A stretch of 32,000 nucleotides of DNA from a cyanobacterium endosymbiont of Braarudosphaera bigelowii (lineage in GTDB: Bacteria; Cyanobacteriota; Cyanobacteriia; Cyanobacteriales; Microcystaceae): the NCBI RefSeq assembly GCF_020885515.1, contig NZ_AP024987.1:1290001-1322000 (forward strand). Direction: 5' to 3'. The first letter of the stretch is position 1, and every line of letters begins with the position of its first letter. The position numbers and the translations under genes are program-made. A model generated the notes under the pieces. That model was not told the DNA's origin and searched no databases. It was given only the letters and a program-made list of their open reading frames with translations. Shown here piece by piece: positions 19,206-28,275 of this stretch.

Positions 19206-20864
19206 TTATTTATTTATACCTCTAATCTTAGAGCGAGTAATTGTCCAAAACGGAAATGTTTGGTTTAGATTGAAAATAGTTCCATTGATATCATTTTGAA
19301 TGAATACATATTCCTTAGTCTGCCAAAGAGGTATATAAGGAACGTCTTCAGCTAAAATTTTTTGAATTTTAACAAAGATTTCCTCTCTTTTTCGAGAATC
19401 TAATGTTTTTCTTTGTTGAATAATTAGTTCGTTCATTTTTTCATTATGGTAAAAGGAACCTTGAACTTGAGAACTTCCTTGTATACACTGTTGCTCTGCT
19501 GTACCTTGAGCACAGCTTAAAAAAGGATAAATATAGTTATCCGCATCTAAATAATCTGGATACCAACTAGAAAAGATTGACTGGTAAGAACCTAAGCTTA
19601 AGTTTTTAAAGAAAGCTACTGAAGATATATTGTTAGGAATAAATTTTAACAGTCCTTCTAATTCTCTCTTCGCTAGACTTCTAAGAATAGCGGCTGCTTG
19701 ACTCATATTTGTTGAATCAGAAGAATACCATATTTCAACTATGGCAGGATTTTTTTTAGAGAAACCTGCTTCGATTAAAAGTTGCTTGGTTTTATTTATA
19801 TTATTATATTTACTTTTAAAAACAGGTCGAGAAACATTAAAAGATTTAGGTATCATGGTATACGAAAGTTCACTTTGTCCTTTAAAAATACGCTCGTTAA
19901 GGAGTTCACGATCTATTAATGTTGCAATTGCTTTTCTAACAACCTTCTGCTTAGTGAATTCTGCGTTAACGTTTAAAGCCATAAAAGTGATATTTGTACT
20001 TATATTTTCAATAACTTTTCCTTTTCCTTCATGAGATTCTTTTAGCAGATACTCAATTTGTTCAGTAGTTAGAGACTGATAGGCAATATCAACACTTTGG
20101 GTGCGGAAAGCATTAAAAAGATTAGCTGCATTATTGGAATAAATCTGCAAATTAATACCTTTGTTTCGAGGCTTTTCTCCCCAGTAATCATCAAAAGTAT
20201 CTAATTCTAATAAACCAGTTTGAAATCTTCTTAATTTATATGGTCCTGTTCCAACAAAACTATCTGGAATAAATTTTCCTTTCCCTATTTGATAAGCCTG
20301 AGGAGATATTGCACAAATTCCGGGAAAAGCCAAAAGAGCAGGAAAAGCAGAAAAAGGTTCTTTTAGCGTAATAATTAGCTCATAATCTCCATTAGTTTCT
20401 ATTTTTTTAATAGTATTAGTTAATAGAAAAGAAGGTTTTCCCCCATTAGCCATAAATCTTTCTAATGAAAAAGCCATTGCCTTTGCATCAAAGGATGTAC
20501 CATCATGAAATTTGACCCCTTTCCTGAGATGGATAGTATAAACAAGACCGTTCTTACTAATAGTGGGCATTTTTATAGCTAACTGCGGCTTTAAATTAGT
20601 ATTTCCTAGCTCATAGGTATAGAGAGTATCACTTAAATTATAAATAATCATCATTCCAGATAACTCATAATTATCTGCTGGATCTATTGTACGTGGCTGA
20701 AAAGTTGTGCCAACAGTGATACGGTCACTATTATTTTTAGGAGAGAGTGTTAATTTTGATTGTTGATTACAACCTGTTATTAATACTAAATAAGTACTGA
20801 GAAATAATAGGGTTATTAGCTTTCTTACCTTATGTGAATGTTTCCAAAACCCATTTATAATCAT
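19206..20864 (-). CDS. ABC transporter substrate-binding lipoprotein, family 5 (peptide/nickel/opine type)
   Basis: 552 aa. Signal peptide with lipobox 'LVLITGC'. 'TIDPADNYELSGMMIIYNLSDTLYTYE', 'VKFHDGTSFDAKAMAFSLERF' and 'GTGPYKL' are typical of the SBP_bac_5 (OppA/DppA/DdpA) fold. It lies 40 nt upstream of ddpX on the same strand. Confidence 0.85.
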   Translation of the reverse strand: MIINGFWKHSHKVRKLITLLFLSTYLVLITGCNQQSKLTLSPKNNSDRITVGTTFQPRTIDPADNYELSGMMIIYNLSDTLYTYELGNTNLKPQLAIKMPTISKNGLVYTIHLRKGVKFHDGTSFDAKAMAFSLERFMANGGKPSFLLTNTIKKIETNGDYELIITLKEPFSAFPALLAFPGICAISPQAYQIGKGKFIPDSFVGTGPYKLRRFQTGLLELDTFDDYWGEKPRNKGINLQIYSNNAANLFNAFRTQSVDIAYQSLTTEQIEYLLKESHEGKGKVIENISTNITFMALNVNAEFTKQKVVRKAIATLIDRELLNERIFKGQSELSYTMIPKSFNVSRPVFKSKYNNINKTKQLLIEAGFSKKNPAIVEIWYSSDSTNMSQAAAILRSLAKRELEGLLKFIPNNISSVAFFKNLSLGSYQSIFSSWYPDYLDADNYIYPFLSCAQGTAEQQCIQGSSQVQGSFYHNEKMNELIIQQRKTLDSRKREEIFVKIQKILAEDVPYIPLWQTKEYVFIQNDINGTIFNLNQTFPFWTITRSKIRGINK

Positions 20865-21149
20865 ATTCTATATTTTTTACAGGTAAGTTTATTTTTTTGT
20901 ATTTAAAAGAAATAATTTTTTAGATCTTCAAAAGTAGAGGTTGATACTTTAATTATAAATATTTAATATTAGTTTGACTAAGGTTTTAATAAAATTTTAA
21001 AAAGTAGAAATTCATAATATGATGAACCTACAAATTTATTTTTATCAGAAAAAAGTTTTAATTATAAAATTATTTATTTAGTTTATATGAACTAAATATT
21101 GTCAGAGGCTGGTACGATAGACTTTGTAAGTTAAATTCTAATTTTGAAA

Positions 21150-22313
21150 ATGATACATATAAACAGTGTCTTGCCTCATGGTGGTCAATTAATTGATCGC
21201 ATTGCACCTTCAAATAAAAGAGAAGAATTTTTATCTCAAAAAGATAACTTACCAAGATTAAGATTGGAAGAACGTACTATTTCTGATCTAATTATGATAG
21301 CCATCGGGGGATTTAGTCCCCTCAAGGGCTTTATGGAACAAGCAGACTACCATTCAGTAGTTCAAAATATGCATTTAAGTAATGGAGTTCCTTGGTCAAT
21401 TCCAATTACCCTACCTGTTCAAGAAGAAGTTGCGAATTCTTTGAAAGAAGGAGAATTAATTAGACTCGATAATTTAGCTGGCGAATTTATCGGAGTCCTA
21501 GAGTTAACTCAAAAATATAAGTATCAAAAAAACGAAGAAGCCATAAAAGTCTACAAAACTGAAGATGAAAAACATCCTGGGGTTCAAGTATTATATAAGC
21601 AAGGAAAAATTAATTTAGCTGGATCTATATGGCTACTAGAACGAAGTGAAAATAAACTCTTTCCCAAGTATCAAATAGATCCTAGAGAATCTAGGAAACT
21701 ATTCCAGGAAAAAAAATGGTCTACTATCGTCGGATTTCAAACACGTAATCCAATTCACCGAGCTCATGAATATATTCAAAAATGTGCTTTGGAAGTTGTG
21801 GATGGTTTATTTTTACATCCTCTAGTTGGTGCTACCAAGAGTGATGACATTCCTGCAGATGTCCGAATGAAGTGTTATGAAATTATGATAAATAATTATT
21901 TTCCTCAAAAAAGGGTTATCTTAGCTATTAATCCATCAGCTATGAGATATGCAGGTCCTAGAGAAGCCATATTTCATGCAATTATACGTAAAAATTATGG
22001 TTGTACTCACTTTATAGTCGGTCGAGATCATGCAGGAGTTGGTGATTATTACGGAACTTATGATGCTCAAGATATTTTTAATGAATTTGATTTAAATGCA
22101 TTAGGCATTATTCCGATGAAATTTGAACATGCTTTTTATTGTAAACGGACTCAACAAATGGCTACCAGTAAGACAAGTCCCAGTGGAGAAAATGAACGAA
22201 TTCATCTATCAGGAACCAAGGTTAGAGAGATGTTGAGAAGTGGTGAAATGCCACCTGCACAATTTTCTCGTCCGGAAGTTGCTGCAGAACTCATAAAAGC
22301 AATGAATAATTAA
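21150..22313 (+). CDS. sat: Sulfate adenylyltransferase (ATP sulfurylase)
   Basis: '[15 protein letters not shown]' and '[21 protein letters not shown]' are the ATP-sulfurylase signatures. I prefer ATG 21150 ([12 protein letters not shown]) to TTG 21144. Confidence 0.95.
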   Translation: MIHINSVLPHGGQLIDRIAPSNKREEFLSQKDNLPRLRLEERTISDLIMIAIGGFSPLKGFMEQADYHSVVQNMHLSNGVPWSIPITLPVQEEVANSLKEGELIRLDNLAGEFIGVLELTQKYKYQKNEEAIKVYKTEDEKHPGVQVLYKQGKINLAGSIWLLERSENKLFPKYQIDPRESRKLFQEKKWSTIVGFQTRNPIHRAHEYIQKCALEVVDGLFLHPLVGATKSDDIPADVRMKCYEIMINNYFPQKRVILAINPSAMRYAGPREAIFHAIIRKNYGCTHFIVGRDHAGVGDYYGTYDAQDIFNEFDLNALGIIPMKFEHAFYCKRTQQMATSKTSPSGENERIHLSGTKVREMLRSGEMPPAQFSRPEVAAELIKAMNN

Positions 22314-22463
22314 GATAAGTAAGTTAAAAGGAGTCAAAATAAAGATTACTATTAATTTTTCAACTGACTCCTTAAAAACGTTATAATTAGAGCATGTAAT
22401 TCAATCCATACATTTTAGAGTAAGTTTTATAGCGTTATTTCCCCAAGAGAGCAAATAGGAACC

Positions 22464-24692
22464 ATGAAATGGGATCGACGAACTTTTTTACAGGCCTTAC
22501 TCACCTGGGGGATTGCTCAGGGAAGTACTATACGGCCAAGCTACAACAGTAAATTTTATAGATACCACAAGGCCTTAGCAGAATCCACAAATCGTAAATT
22601 GGCTTTACTAATAGGTATTAATACTTATACTAAAAATCTTAGTTTAAAAGGTTGTTTAACCGACATTGAAAGACAAAAAGATTTATTAGTTAACCGTTTT
22701 GGTTTTCATCCAACAAATATTCTTACCCTGGCTAATGAACAAGCCACTTGTCAAAATATTAAAAATGCCTTTCTAGAACATTTAGTAAATCAAGCCAAAA
22801 CAGATGATGTTGTATTAGTCCATTTTAGTGGTTATGGTACACAGGTCAAGATACCCTCAAACAGGATATCTCCTGTTTCCGATTATTCAGTCTTAACTCA
22901 AGGAATTATTCCTAGTGAAGGTAACCAATTAAATAAAAATATAACTCTCACGAATAATATTCTTCAAGAAACACTATTTTTACTAGGAAAATTAGTAGAT
23001 ACAGAGAAATTAACTATGGTCTTCGATACTAGTTATTATAGTACCGGAGAAATTAATCAAGGAAATTTGAGAGTACGTTCCTTACCATACCAGGTATCAG
23101 AAGCCAACACAGATGAGTTGGTTTGGCAAGCAGAATTAAAAAGTAAAATCCAGAATAGTGGAATCTCAAATGACTACGGAACCATCCTATCTGCTGCTGG
23201 GATAGGTCAAGTTGCTACAGAAATTAAAGGAAATGATTTCAGTGTAGGACTTTTTACATATGCATTGACTCAATATTTGTGGTCAGTTACTCCTGCGAGT
23301 CGGATTAATATAGCTTTAAACAAAGCTACAGAAGAAGTTCTACCAATTGTGGGAGAAAGCCAAAAACCACAGCAACAAAATAGCACTCAAAAATCTCTAT
23401 TTGCATATTATCTGTTGCCTATTAATTTCCAAGGAGCAGAGGCTTTGATTGATCATGCTGAAGATCTTGATAATATCCAAATTATTTTTACTGGAATTTC
23501 AGCTGATATTCTGAGACATTATGGATTAAATTCTATTTTCCATACCATGTCTTCCAATCCATTATCTTTTTTCCAGTTACACTCTCGTGATGGTCTAAAA
23601 GGGAAGGTACACCAAATTTCGAAAGGAACTAGAATTTATCAGCCTGATTTAATAGGTCAATTATTACAAGAATCAGTCCGTTGTTTACCACGTACATTAG
23701 GACTAACTGTTGCCCTTGATTCAAAGTTACAAAGAATTGAAAGAGTGGATGCTACTAGTGCCTTTTCTGTAATTGATATAGTATCAGACATAACTAATGA
23801 TGAAGAAAAACCTGTCGATTGTATTTTGGGATTACTTGCTTCATTTCCTTTTTCAACCTCTAGTTCAGAGTCTTTAAATTCATCAGAAAAATCAAAATAT
23901 GGACTCTTTCTCCCAGGTGGGGTTCAATTCCCTAATACTTCGGGTAAAACTGGAGAAGCTATTAAGTCTGCTGTTGGAAGACTACATCCAAATTTGGAAA
24001 AACTTTTAGCAGTAAAATTACTACGATTAACTGTTAACGAAAGTTCTTCTAAATTACTTTGCTCCATAAATCTTGAGGGACTTAATCCTGAGCCCTATCC
24101 AATAGATAAAAGAGAGACTAATAGAAACAAAATATTTACTTCTCAAATAGGCGAAATTAAAGATAACCCTTACGAGATTTCTAACCTTCAGGGATTGCCC
24201 AAAGTTGCACGAGGTACTCGTTTACGCTATTGTTTGCACAATCAAGGTGATAAAACTCTTGATTTTATAATTTTCGGAATTAATAGTAATGGCAAAGTAA
24301 TTGCTTATATTCCTGCTCATGAAAAAGAAATAGAATTAAAAGCCCAAGGTGCAAGCTTCTTGAAACCAGGTATGAAAAATGCTATTCCGTCTACTTCAAG
24401 TGGTTTAACCTGGACAACGTCAAGCACTAGAGGATGGGAGCAGATTTTACTAATTGCTTCAATATATCCCTTCTACAATACTTGGCAAGCTTTAAAAAAA
24501 ATACCAGAATTTAAAATAGAAAAGGACCAGATTATTATTCTTAACGATCCATTAAGCATAGCTAAAGCGCTTTTAGAAGATTTAAACACGGCTAGTATAC
24601 AAATAAATAAGAGGATTATGTCAAATTCTGATACTTATAATCTTGATGTTAAAGCCTGGTCTACCCTAAGCTTTATTTATCAAATTATATAG
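22464..24692 (+). CDS. Caspase-fold (peptidase C14, orthocaspase-like) protein with substituted catalytic dyad and Tat-type signal; long C-terminal region of unknown function
   Basis: 742 aa. The N-terminus 'MKWDRRTFLQALLTWGIAQG' fits the twin-arginine motif (RRxFL plus h-region). The p20-like domain is 'RKLALLIGINTY...LKGCLTDIERQKDLL...DDVVLVHFSGYG'. It has Tyr (codon TAT 22833-22835) where caspases have the catalytic His (HFSGHG). In 'MVFDTSYYS' it has Ser (AGT 23031-23033) at the Cys position of D-x-C-H-S-G. The C-terminal 'LDFIIFGINSNGKVIAYIPA' resembles the DUF4384-type pattern often fused to bacterial caspase homologues. Confidence 0.8.
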   Translation: MKWDRRTFLQALLTWGIAQGSTIRPSYNSKFYRYHKALAESTNRKLALLIGINTYTKNLSLKGCLTDIERQKDLLVNRFGFHPTNILTLANEQATCQNIKNAFLEHLVNQAKTDDVVLVHFSGYGTQVKIPSNRISPVSDYSVLTQGIIPSEGNQLNKNITLTNNILQETLFLLGKLVDTEKLTMVFDTSYYSTGEINQGNLRVRSLPYQVSEANTDELVWQAELKSKIQNSGISNDYGTILSAAGIGQVATEIKGNDFSVGLFTYALTQYLWSVTPASRINIALNKATEEVLPIVGESQKPQQQNSTQKSLFAYYLLPINFQGAEALIDHAEDLDNIQIIFTGISADILRHYGLNSIFHTMSSNPLSFFQLHSRDGLKGKVHQISKGTRIYQPDLIGQLLQESVRCLPRTLGLTVALDSKLQRIERVDATSAFSVIDIVSDITNDEEKPVDCILGLLASFPFSTSSSESLNSSEKSKYGLFLPGGVQFPNTSGKTGEAIKSAVGRLHPNLEKLLAVKLLRLTVNESSSKLLCSINLEGLNPEPYPIDKRETNRNKIFTSQIGEIKDNPYEISNLQGLPKVARGTRLRYCLHNQGDKTLDFIIFGINSNGKVIAYIPAHEKEIELKAQGASFLKPGMKNAIPSTSSGLTWTTSSTRGWEQILLIASIYPFYNTWQALKKIPEFKIEKDQIIILNDPLSIAKALLEDLNTASIQINKRIMSNSDTYNLDVKAWSTLSFIYQII

Positions 24693-24986
24693 ATTTAGAA
24701 ATTTCAGGATATATTATGGCCAAGAATTTTAATTGTTTAAAAATTATAATTTCTACTAGAAAACTTGTAAGGCAGTTGGTTGTTTAGAAAGTATTGGGAA
24801 AAGTAACTATATTTATTAGATATATATCTCATACGTAAATAACTAGATACTATATTTATCGTTTAAGTAATTAATCTTATCAATTTTGTTAATCAATTTT
24901 TTTTTGTAGAAGTAAAGCTATTCTACACATAATTATAAAATAAGATTTGATTTTAGGTTAGTTTAAACAAGGTTGTGTTAACTTAG

Positions 24987-27539
24987 ATGGGTAAAACGTA
25001 TAAGAATGAGACAAAGTCTGCTTCTGCTCATCTCCTCTTATCACGCTGCAAGTATTTGGTTCCTAAACCCTTGAGCTTGATATTATCAATTAAGATGCTG
25101 TCATTTGTTCCACCACCTAATCTACCAATCCAAGTCCAAACGATTGTTACTCATAAAGAGAAACAATTTCAACCATTTTTGAATATTAACTCACTATTAA
25201 TTGATTCAAAAAAATATAGTTCTAAACCAATTAAATTAAGTGGTTTAGGAAATGTTTCGCCTTCTAAAATTACTTTTAATAGCTTTAAAAATCAATTAAC
25301 CGATATACAAAAACTTTCTAATTCAAAAGTTTTTTCTTTATCTTTGTTAACAGAAAAAAATATTGACAATTTAAAGAGAGTTACTCAAAGAGAGAATCTT
25401 GAAACCCTACAGTCTTTTAGAAAAAGTGCTAATGGGTTGTCAAAAAGACGAACTATTAAGGTAAATAAAAACTTCAATGAACAAGAGAAAATCTTATTTT
25501 CAAATCTTGACCCAGAAGACCAAAAATTACAACAATTAACATTTAATGTAATTACAGAAGATAAATCATCTATAAGCCAACAAATTAAACCTGTATCTAA
25601 ACTTGCTCCAAGAAAAATAATTGGAGTAGTAGAATTGATTGCAGATCGTCAAGAGTATGACTCCGAAAAAGAAGTAGTATACGCAGAAGGAAAAGTTGTT
25701 ATGCGTTTTACCAATGGAGTCTTACTGGCTGATCGCTTATGGATAAATCTTCCTAATAGGTTTGCCGTAGCTGAAGGTAATGTAGTCTTAGATCGAGGAG
25801 AACAGACACTACGAGGAGAAAGATTTGAATACTATTTCGTTCAGGATAGCGGAGTCATCTTTAATGCAAGTGGACAAATATATCAACCTACCACAGGACA
25901 GGATTTCACTCCTACTTTACCTACTGCATCTGATAGCAATTTAATTCCTAATCAAATTTTAAATGAAAGATTAGCCCTTGAACAGCCACTGAAGAAAGTT
26001 ACTAGAGCAGAAGGAATAAGTTATTCCTTTGGACTTTCATTAGAAGAAGATAACATTCAAAATATGGGAGCTAATGTAGGCCAGCGCAATGGAGGACAAA
26101 TTAATAGAATTCGCTTTCAAGCAGAACGAATAAAATTTGATGCCAATGGTTGGCGAGCTAATAATGCTAGATTAACGAATGATCCGTTTTCTCCTCCTGA
26201 AGTTGAAGTTCGTGCCGAGGCAGCTACTTATAGGAACATAGCTCCTTTGGTGGACGAAGTAAAACTTACCAATTCAAGAGTTGTTCTTGATCAAATCAAT
26301 TCTTTCCCAACTCAAGATCGTCTTATATTTGATCACAGAGATCGTCAACCAGGAGTTATTTCTTTTGGCTTTGATGACCGTGATAGAGGAGGACTATTTG
26401 TGGAAAGGGGATTTAATATTGTTGATACAGATAACATAAATTGGGAAATAACACCTCAATACTATATCCAGAAAGCAGTTTCTCCTCAAGGATTAACTGT
26501 TGATGATCAAAATACGGATCTATTTCAAGAAGATAAAGATGATATTGAATTAATAAGCCCCCCTGCTTTTGGTTTAGTTAGTGAAATTAATGCTAATTTA
26601 AATAACAAAACTACGTTTTTTGCCAGAACCTCCCTTACAAGTCTAGAATTTGATGATGTAGAAGATCGTTTGAGAGTCAAAAGTTTTGCACAGTATAGAA
26701 TTGGAAATTCGGCTGCTCCTCATGATTTAAGATTTGAATATAATTATCGTGAACGCCTTTTCAACGGTTCTCTAGGATTTCAAACAGTTCGCAGTAGTGC
26801 TGGAATTCTTCTTGTTTCTCCTGATATCGCCTTAGATAAATCAGGTCTTCAGCTAAGTTATCAAGGGTCTTTTCAAACTGTTAATGCTGATACAGATAAA
26901 TATAGTTTGCTTGGACTTAATTCTAGTGATAATCGAATTAGTTTAACTCGACTGCAAGGAGCTGTTTCTTTAAACCGTCCATTTTTATTATGGTATGGAA
27001 AAGCTCTTCCTCCTGATCCAGAACAGGGCTTAAAATATACTGCGACTCCAGTACTACCTTTCCTAGTTCTATCAACTGGAGTTACAGGAGTAACAAGTTT
27101 GTATGGTAATGGAGATTCTCAGCCTTCTATCTTGGGAAATATTAGGCTATCTGGACAAGTTGGTAATTTTTCTAAACCGTTCTTAGATTATACTGGCTTC
27201 AATATTAGCTTTAGTCAAGCGCTTAGAGGAGATCCTTCTCCATTTATGTTTGATCGTTTTGCAGATTTAAAAACTTTATCTTGGGGAATAAGTCAACAAT
27301 TATATGGTCCAGTTCGTCTTGGTGTACAAAGCTCTTACAATATAGACAGAGATCGTGAGATTAATACTGATTTATTCATTGAATATAGTCGTCGTACATA
27401 TAATATCCTATTACGATATAATTCAGTCTTAAAGGTTGGTTCTCTTTCTTTACGTATTAGTGACTTTAATTGGGGAGGAAATCCAGGTCCATTTGATGGT
27501 ACAGGTATTAGACCTGTCATCCAAGGGATGCCTCGCTAG
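24987..27539 (+). CDS. LptD/OstA-like outer-membrane LPS-assembly protein homologue (cyanobacterial type); start uncertain
   Basis: 850 aa. From about residue 213 there is an OstA/LptA-like beta-jellyroll pattern: 'VVELIADRQEYDSEKEVVYAEGKVVMRFTNGVLLADRLWINLPNRFAVAEGNVVLDRGEQTLRGERFEYYF'. This is followed by about 550 aa rich in alternating beta-strand-like segments (a candidate barrel). The first ~210 aa are K/N/S-rich and low in complexity. Confidence 0.65.
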   Translation: MGKTYKNETKSASAHLLLSRCKYLVPKPLSLILSIKMLSFVPPPNLPIQVQTIVTHKEKQFQPFLNINSLLIDSKKYSSKPIKLSGLGNVSPSKITFNSFKNQLTDIQKLSNSKVFSLSLLTEKNIDNLKRVTQRENLETLQSFRKSANGLSKRRTIKVNKNFNEQEKILFSNLDPEDQKLQQLTFNVITEDKSSISQQIKPVSKLAPRKIIGVVELIADRQEYDSEKEVVYAEGKVVMRFTNGVLLADRLWINLPNRFAVAEGNVVLDRGEQTLRGERFEYYFVQDSGVIFNASGQIYQPTTGQDFTPTLPTASDSNLIPNQILNERLALEQPLKKVTRAEGISYSFGLSLEEDNIQNMGANVGQRNGGQINRIRFQAERIKFDANGWRANNARLTNDPFSPPEVEVRAEAATYRNIAPLVDEVKLTNSRVVLDQINSFPTQDRLIFDHRDRQPGVISFGFDDRDRGGLFVERGFNIVDTDNINWEITPQYYIQKAVSPQGLTVDDQNTDLFQEDKDDIELISPPAFGLVSEINANLNNKTTFFARTSLTSLEFDDVEDRLRVKSFAQYRIGNSAAPHDLRFEYNYRERLFNGSLGFQTVRSSAGILLVSPDIALDKSGLQLSYQGSFQTVNADTDKYSLLGLNSSDNRISLTRLQGAVSLNRPFLLWYGKALPPDPEQGLKYTATPVLPFLVLSTGVTGVTSLYGNGDSQPSILGNIRLSGQVGNFSKPFLDYTGFNISFSQALRGDPSPFMFDRFADLKTLSWGISQQLYGPVRLGVQSSYNIDRDREINTDLFIEYSRRTYNILLRYNSVLKVGSLSLRISDFNWGGNPGPFDGTGIRPVIQGMPR

Positions 27540-27550
27540 ATAAAATATCG

Positions 27551-27559
27551 TGATATAAT
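27551..27559 (+). promoter_or_regulatory. Candidate extended -10 promoter element for rpsP
   Basis: TGATATAAT matches TGnTATAAT and lies 60 nt upstream of the rpsP ATG. There is no convincing -35. AT-rich sequence makes chance -10 matches common. Confidence 0.25.
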
Positions 27560-27618
27560 AGTAGGCTTGAGATAAAAACTCATCAATAAAGTTCAAATCA
27601 TAGGGACATAAAATTAGA

Positions 27619-27867
27619 ATGGTTAAATTAAGATTGAAAAAATTTGGAAAAAAACGAGAAGCTAGTTATAGAATAGTTGCTATAAAAAGTAGAGCTCGTA
27701 GAGATGGACGTCCTCTCGAAGAATTAGGATTTTATAATCCGAGAACTAATGAAACACGATTAAATATTCCTTCTATTGTTGCTCGTTTACAACAAGGCGC
27801 TCAACCAAGCGATACTGTTCGAGCTATTCTTGAAAAAGCAAAAGTTTTTGAACAAATTAATGTTTGA
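27619..27867 (+). CDS. rpsP: 30S ribosomal protein S16
   Basis: 82 aa. '[41 protein letters not shown]' is a canonical bS16 N-terminus. Confidence 0.97.
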   Translation: MVKLRLKKFGKKREASYRIVAIKSRARRDGRPLEELGFYNPRTNETRLNIPSIVARLQQGAQPSDTVRAILEKAKVFEQINV

Positions 27868-28201
27868 GTTGACTGATGTGATTAGTTCTCATAATTCTAA
27901 AACTCCTGACTACTTAAAATTAGTAGAATTTCTAATTGAACCTTTACTAGAGTCTCCAAAATCTTTAAGTATTGACTGTGAGAAAATCAACAGTAGTCAA
28001 AGAGTTTGGATAAGATTAGCTGTTGATGAAGTAGATAAAGGGCGAATTTATGGAAGAGGGGGACGTAATATTCAGGCGATTCAAACTATTCTGACTACAG
28101 CAGCAAGTACTGCAGGTCAATCGCTTTATCTTGATATTTATAATATACCTGATAAAAATATCTATTCTCAGGTTTCCCCAAGAAATCAACCTATGTCGTA
28201 A
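27860..28201 (+). CDS. KH-domain RNA-binding protein (YlqC-like), conserved partner of rpsP
   Basis: From ATG 27860 the protein is [10 protein letters not shown]... (113 aa) with the KH motif '[20 protein letters not shown]'. The ATG overlaps the rpsP stop by 8 nt (ATGTTTGA). The track's earlier start at 27776 would overlap rpsP by 92 nt and adds no conserved sequence. Confidence 0.8.
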   Translation: MFELTDVISSHNSKTPDYLKLVEFLIEPLLESPKSLSIDCEKINSSQRVWIRLAVDEVDKGRIYGRGGRNIQAIQTILTTAASTAGQSLYLDIYNIPDKNIYSQVSPRNQPMS

Positions 28202-28275
28202 ATTTGTTTGACGATGTTCTCATCTTTAAAGAGACAATGCATAATAATTGCTCTTAAAACTCGTTAATAAGAAAA

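Noticed and set aside
3738-20034. Antisense ORFs nested in well-supported genes (3738-3953, 5826-6059, 6581-6793, 9034-9219, 10131-10355, 13492-13701, 14689-14922, 14762-14962, 16717-17010, 16991-17185, 19741-20034; also 27335-27520)
   Set aside because: Each lies entirely inside, and opposite to or out of frame with, a highly conserved gene (thrS, serS, rodA, mrp, chlM, glgC, uvrB, SBP, LptD-like). Their low-complexity composition mirrors the codon bias of the sense strand. None shows an independent motif.
22328-22373. 9-bp inverted repeat AAGGAGTCA...TGACTCCTT just after the sat stop; a similar 9-bp repeat TGTGAGGAT...ATCCTCACA lies at 30293-30336 between the DUF2996-like gene and murB
   Set aside because: The stems are short, the loops are long (26-29 nt) and no U-tract follows. 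They may be weak terminators, but the evidence is too thin to list them as features.
27776-27859. ORF-track N-terminal extension of the KH-domain gene overlapping rpsP by 92 nt
   Set aside because: The extension is translated from inside the rpsP coding region in another frame and adds no conserved residues. ATG 27860, which overlaps the rpsP stop (ATGTTTGA), gives a typical KH protein.
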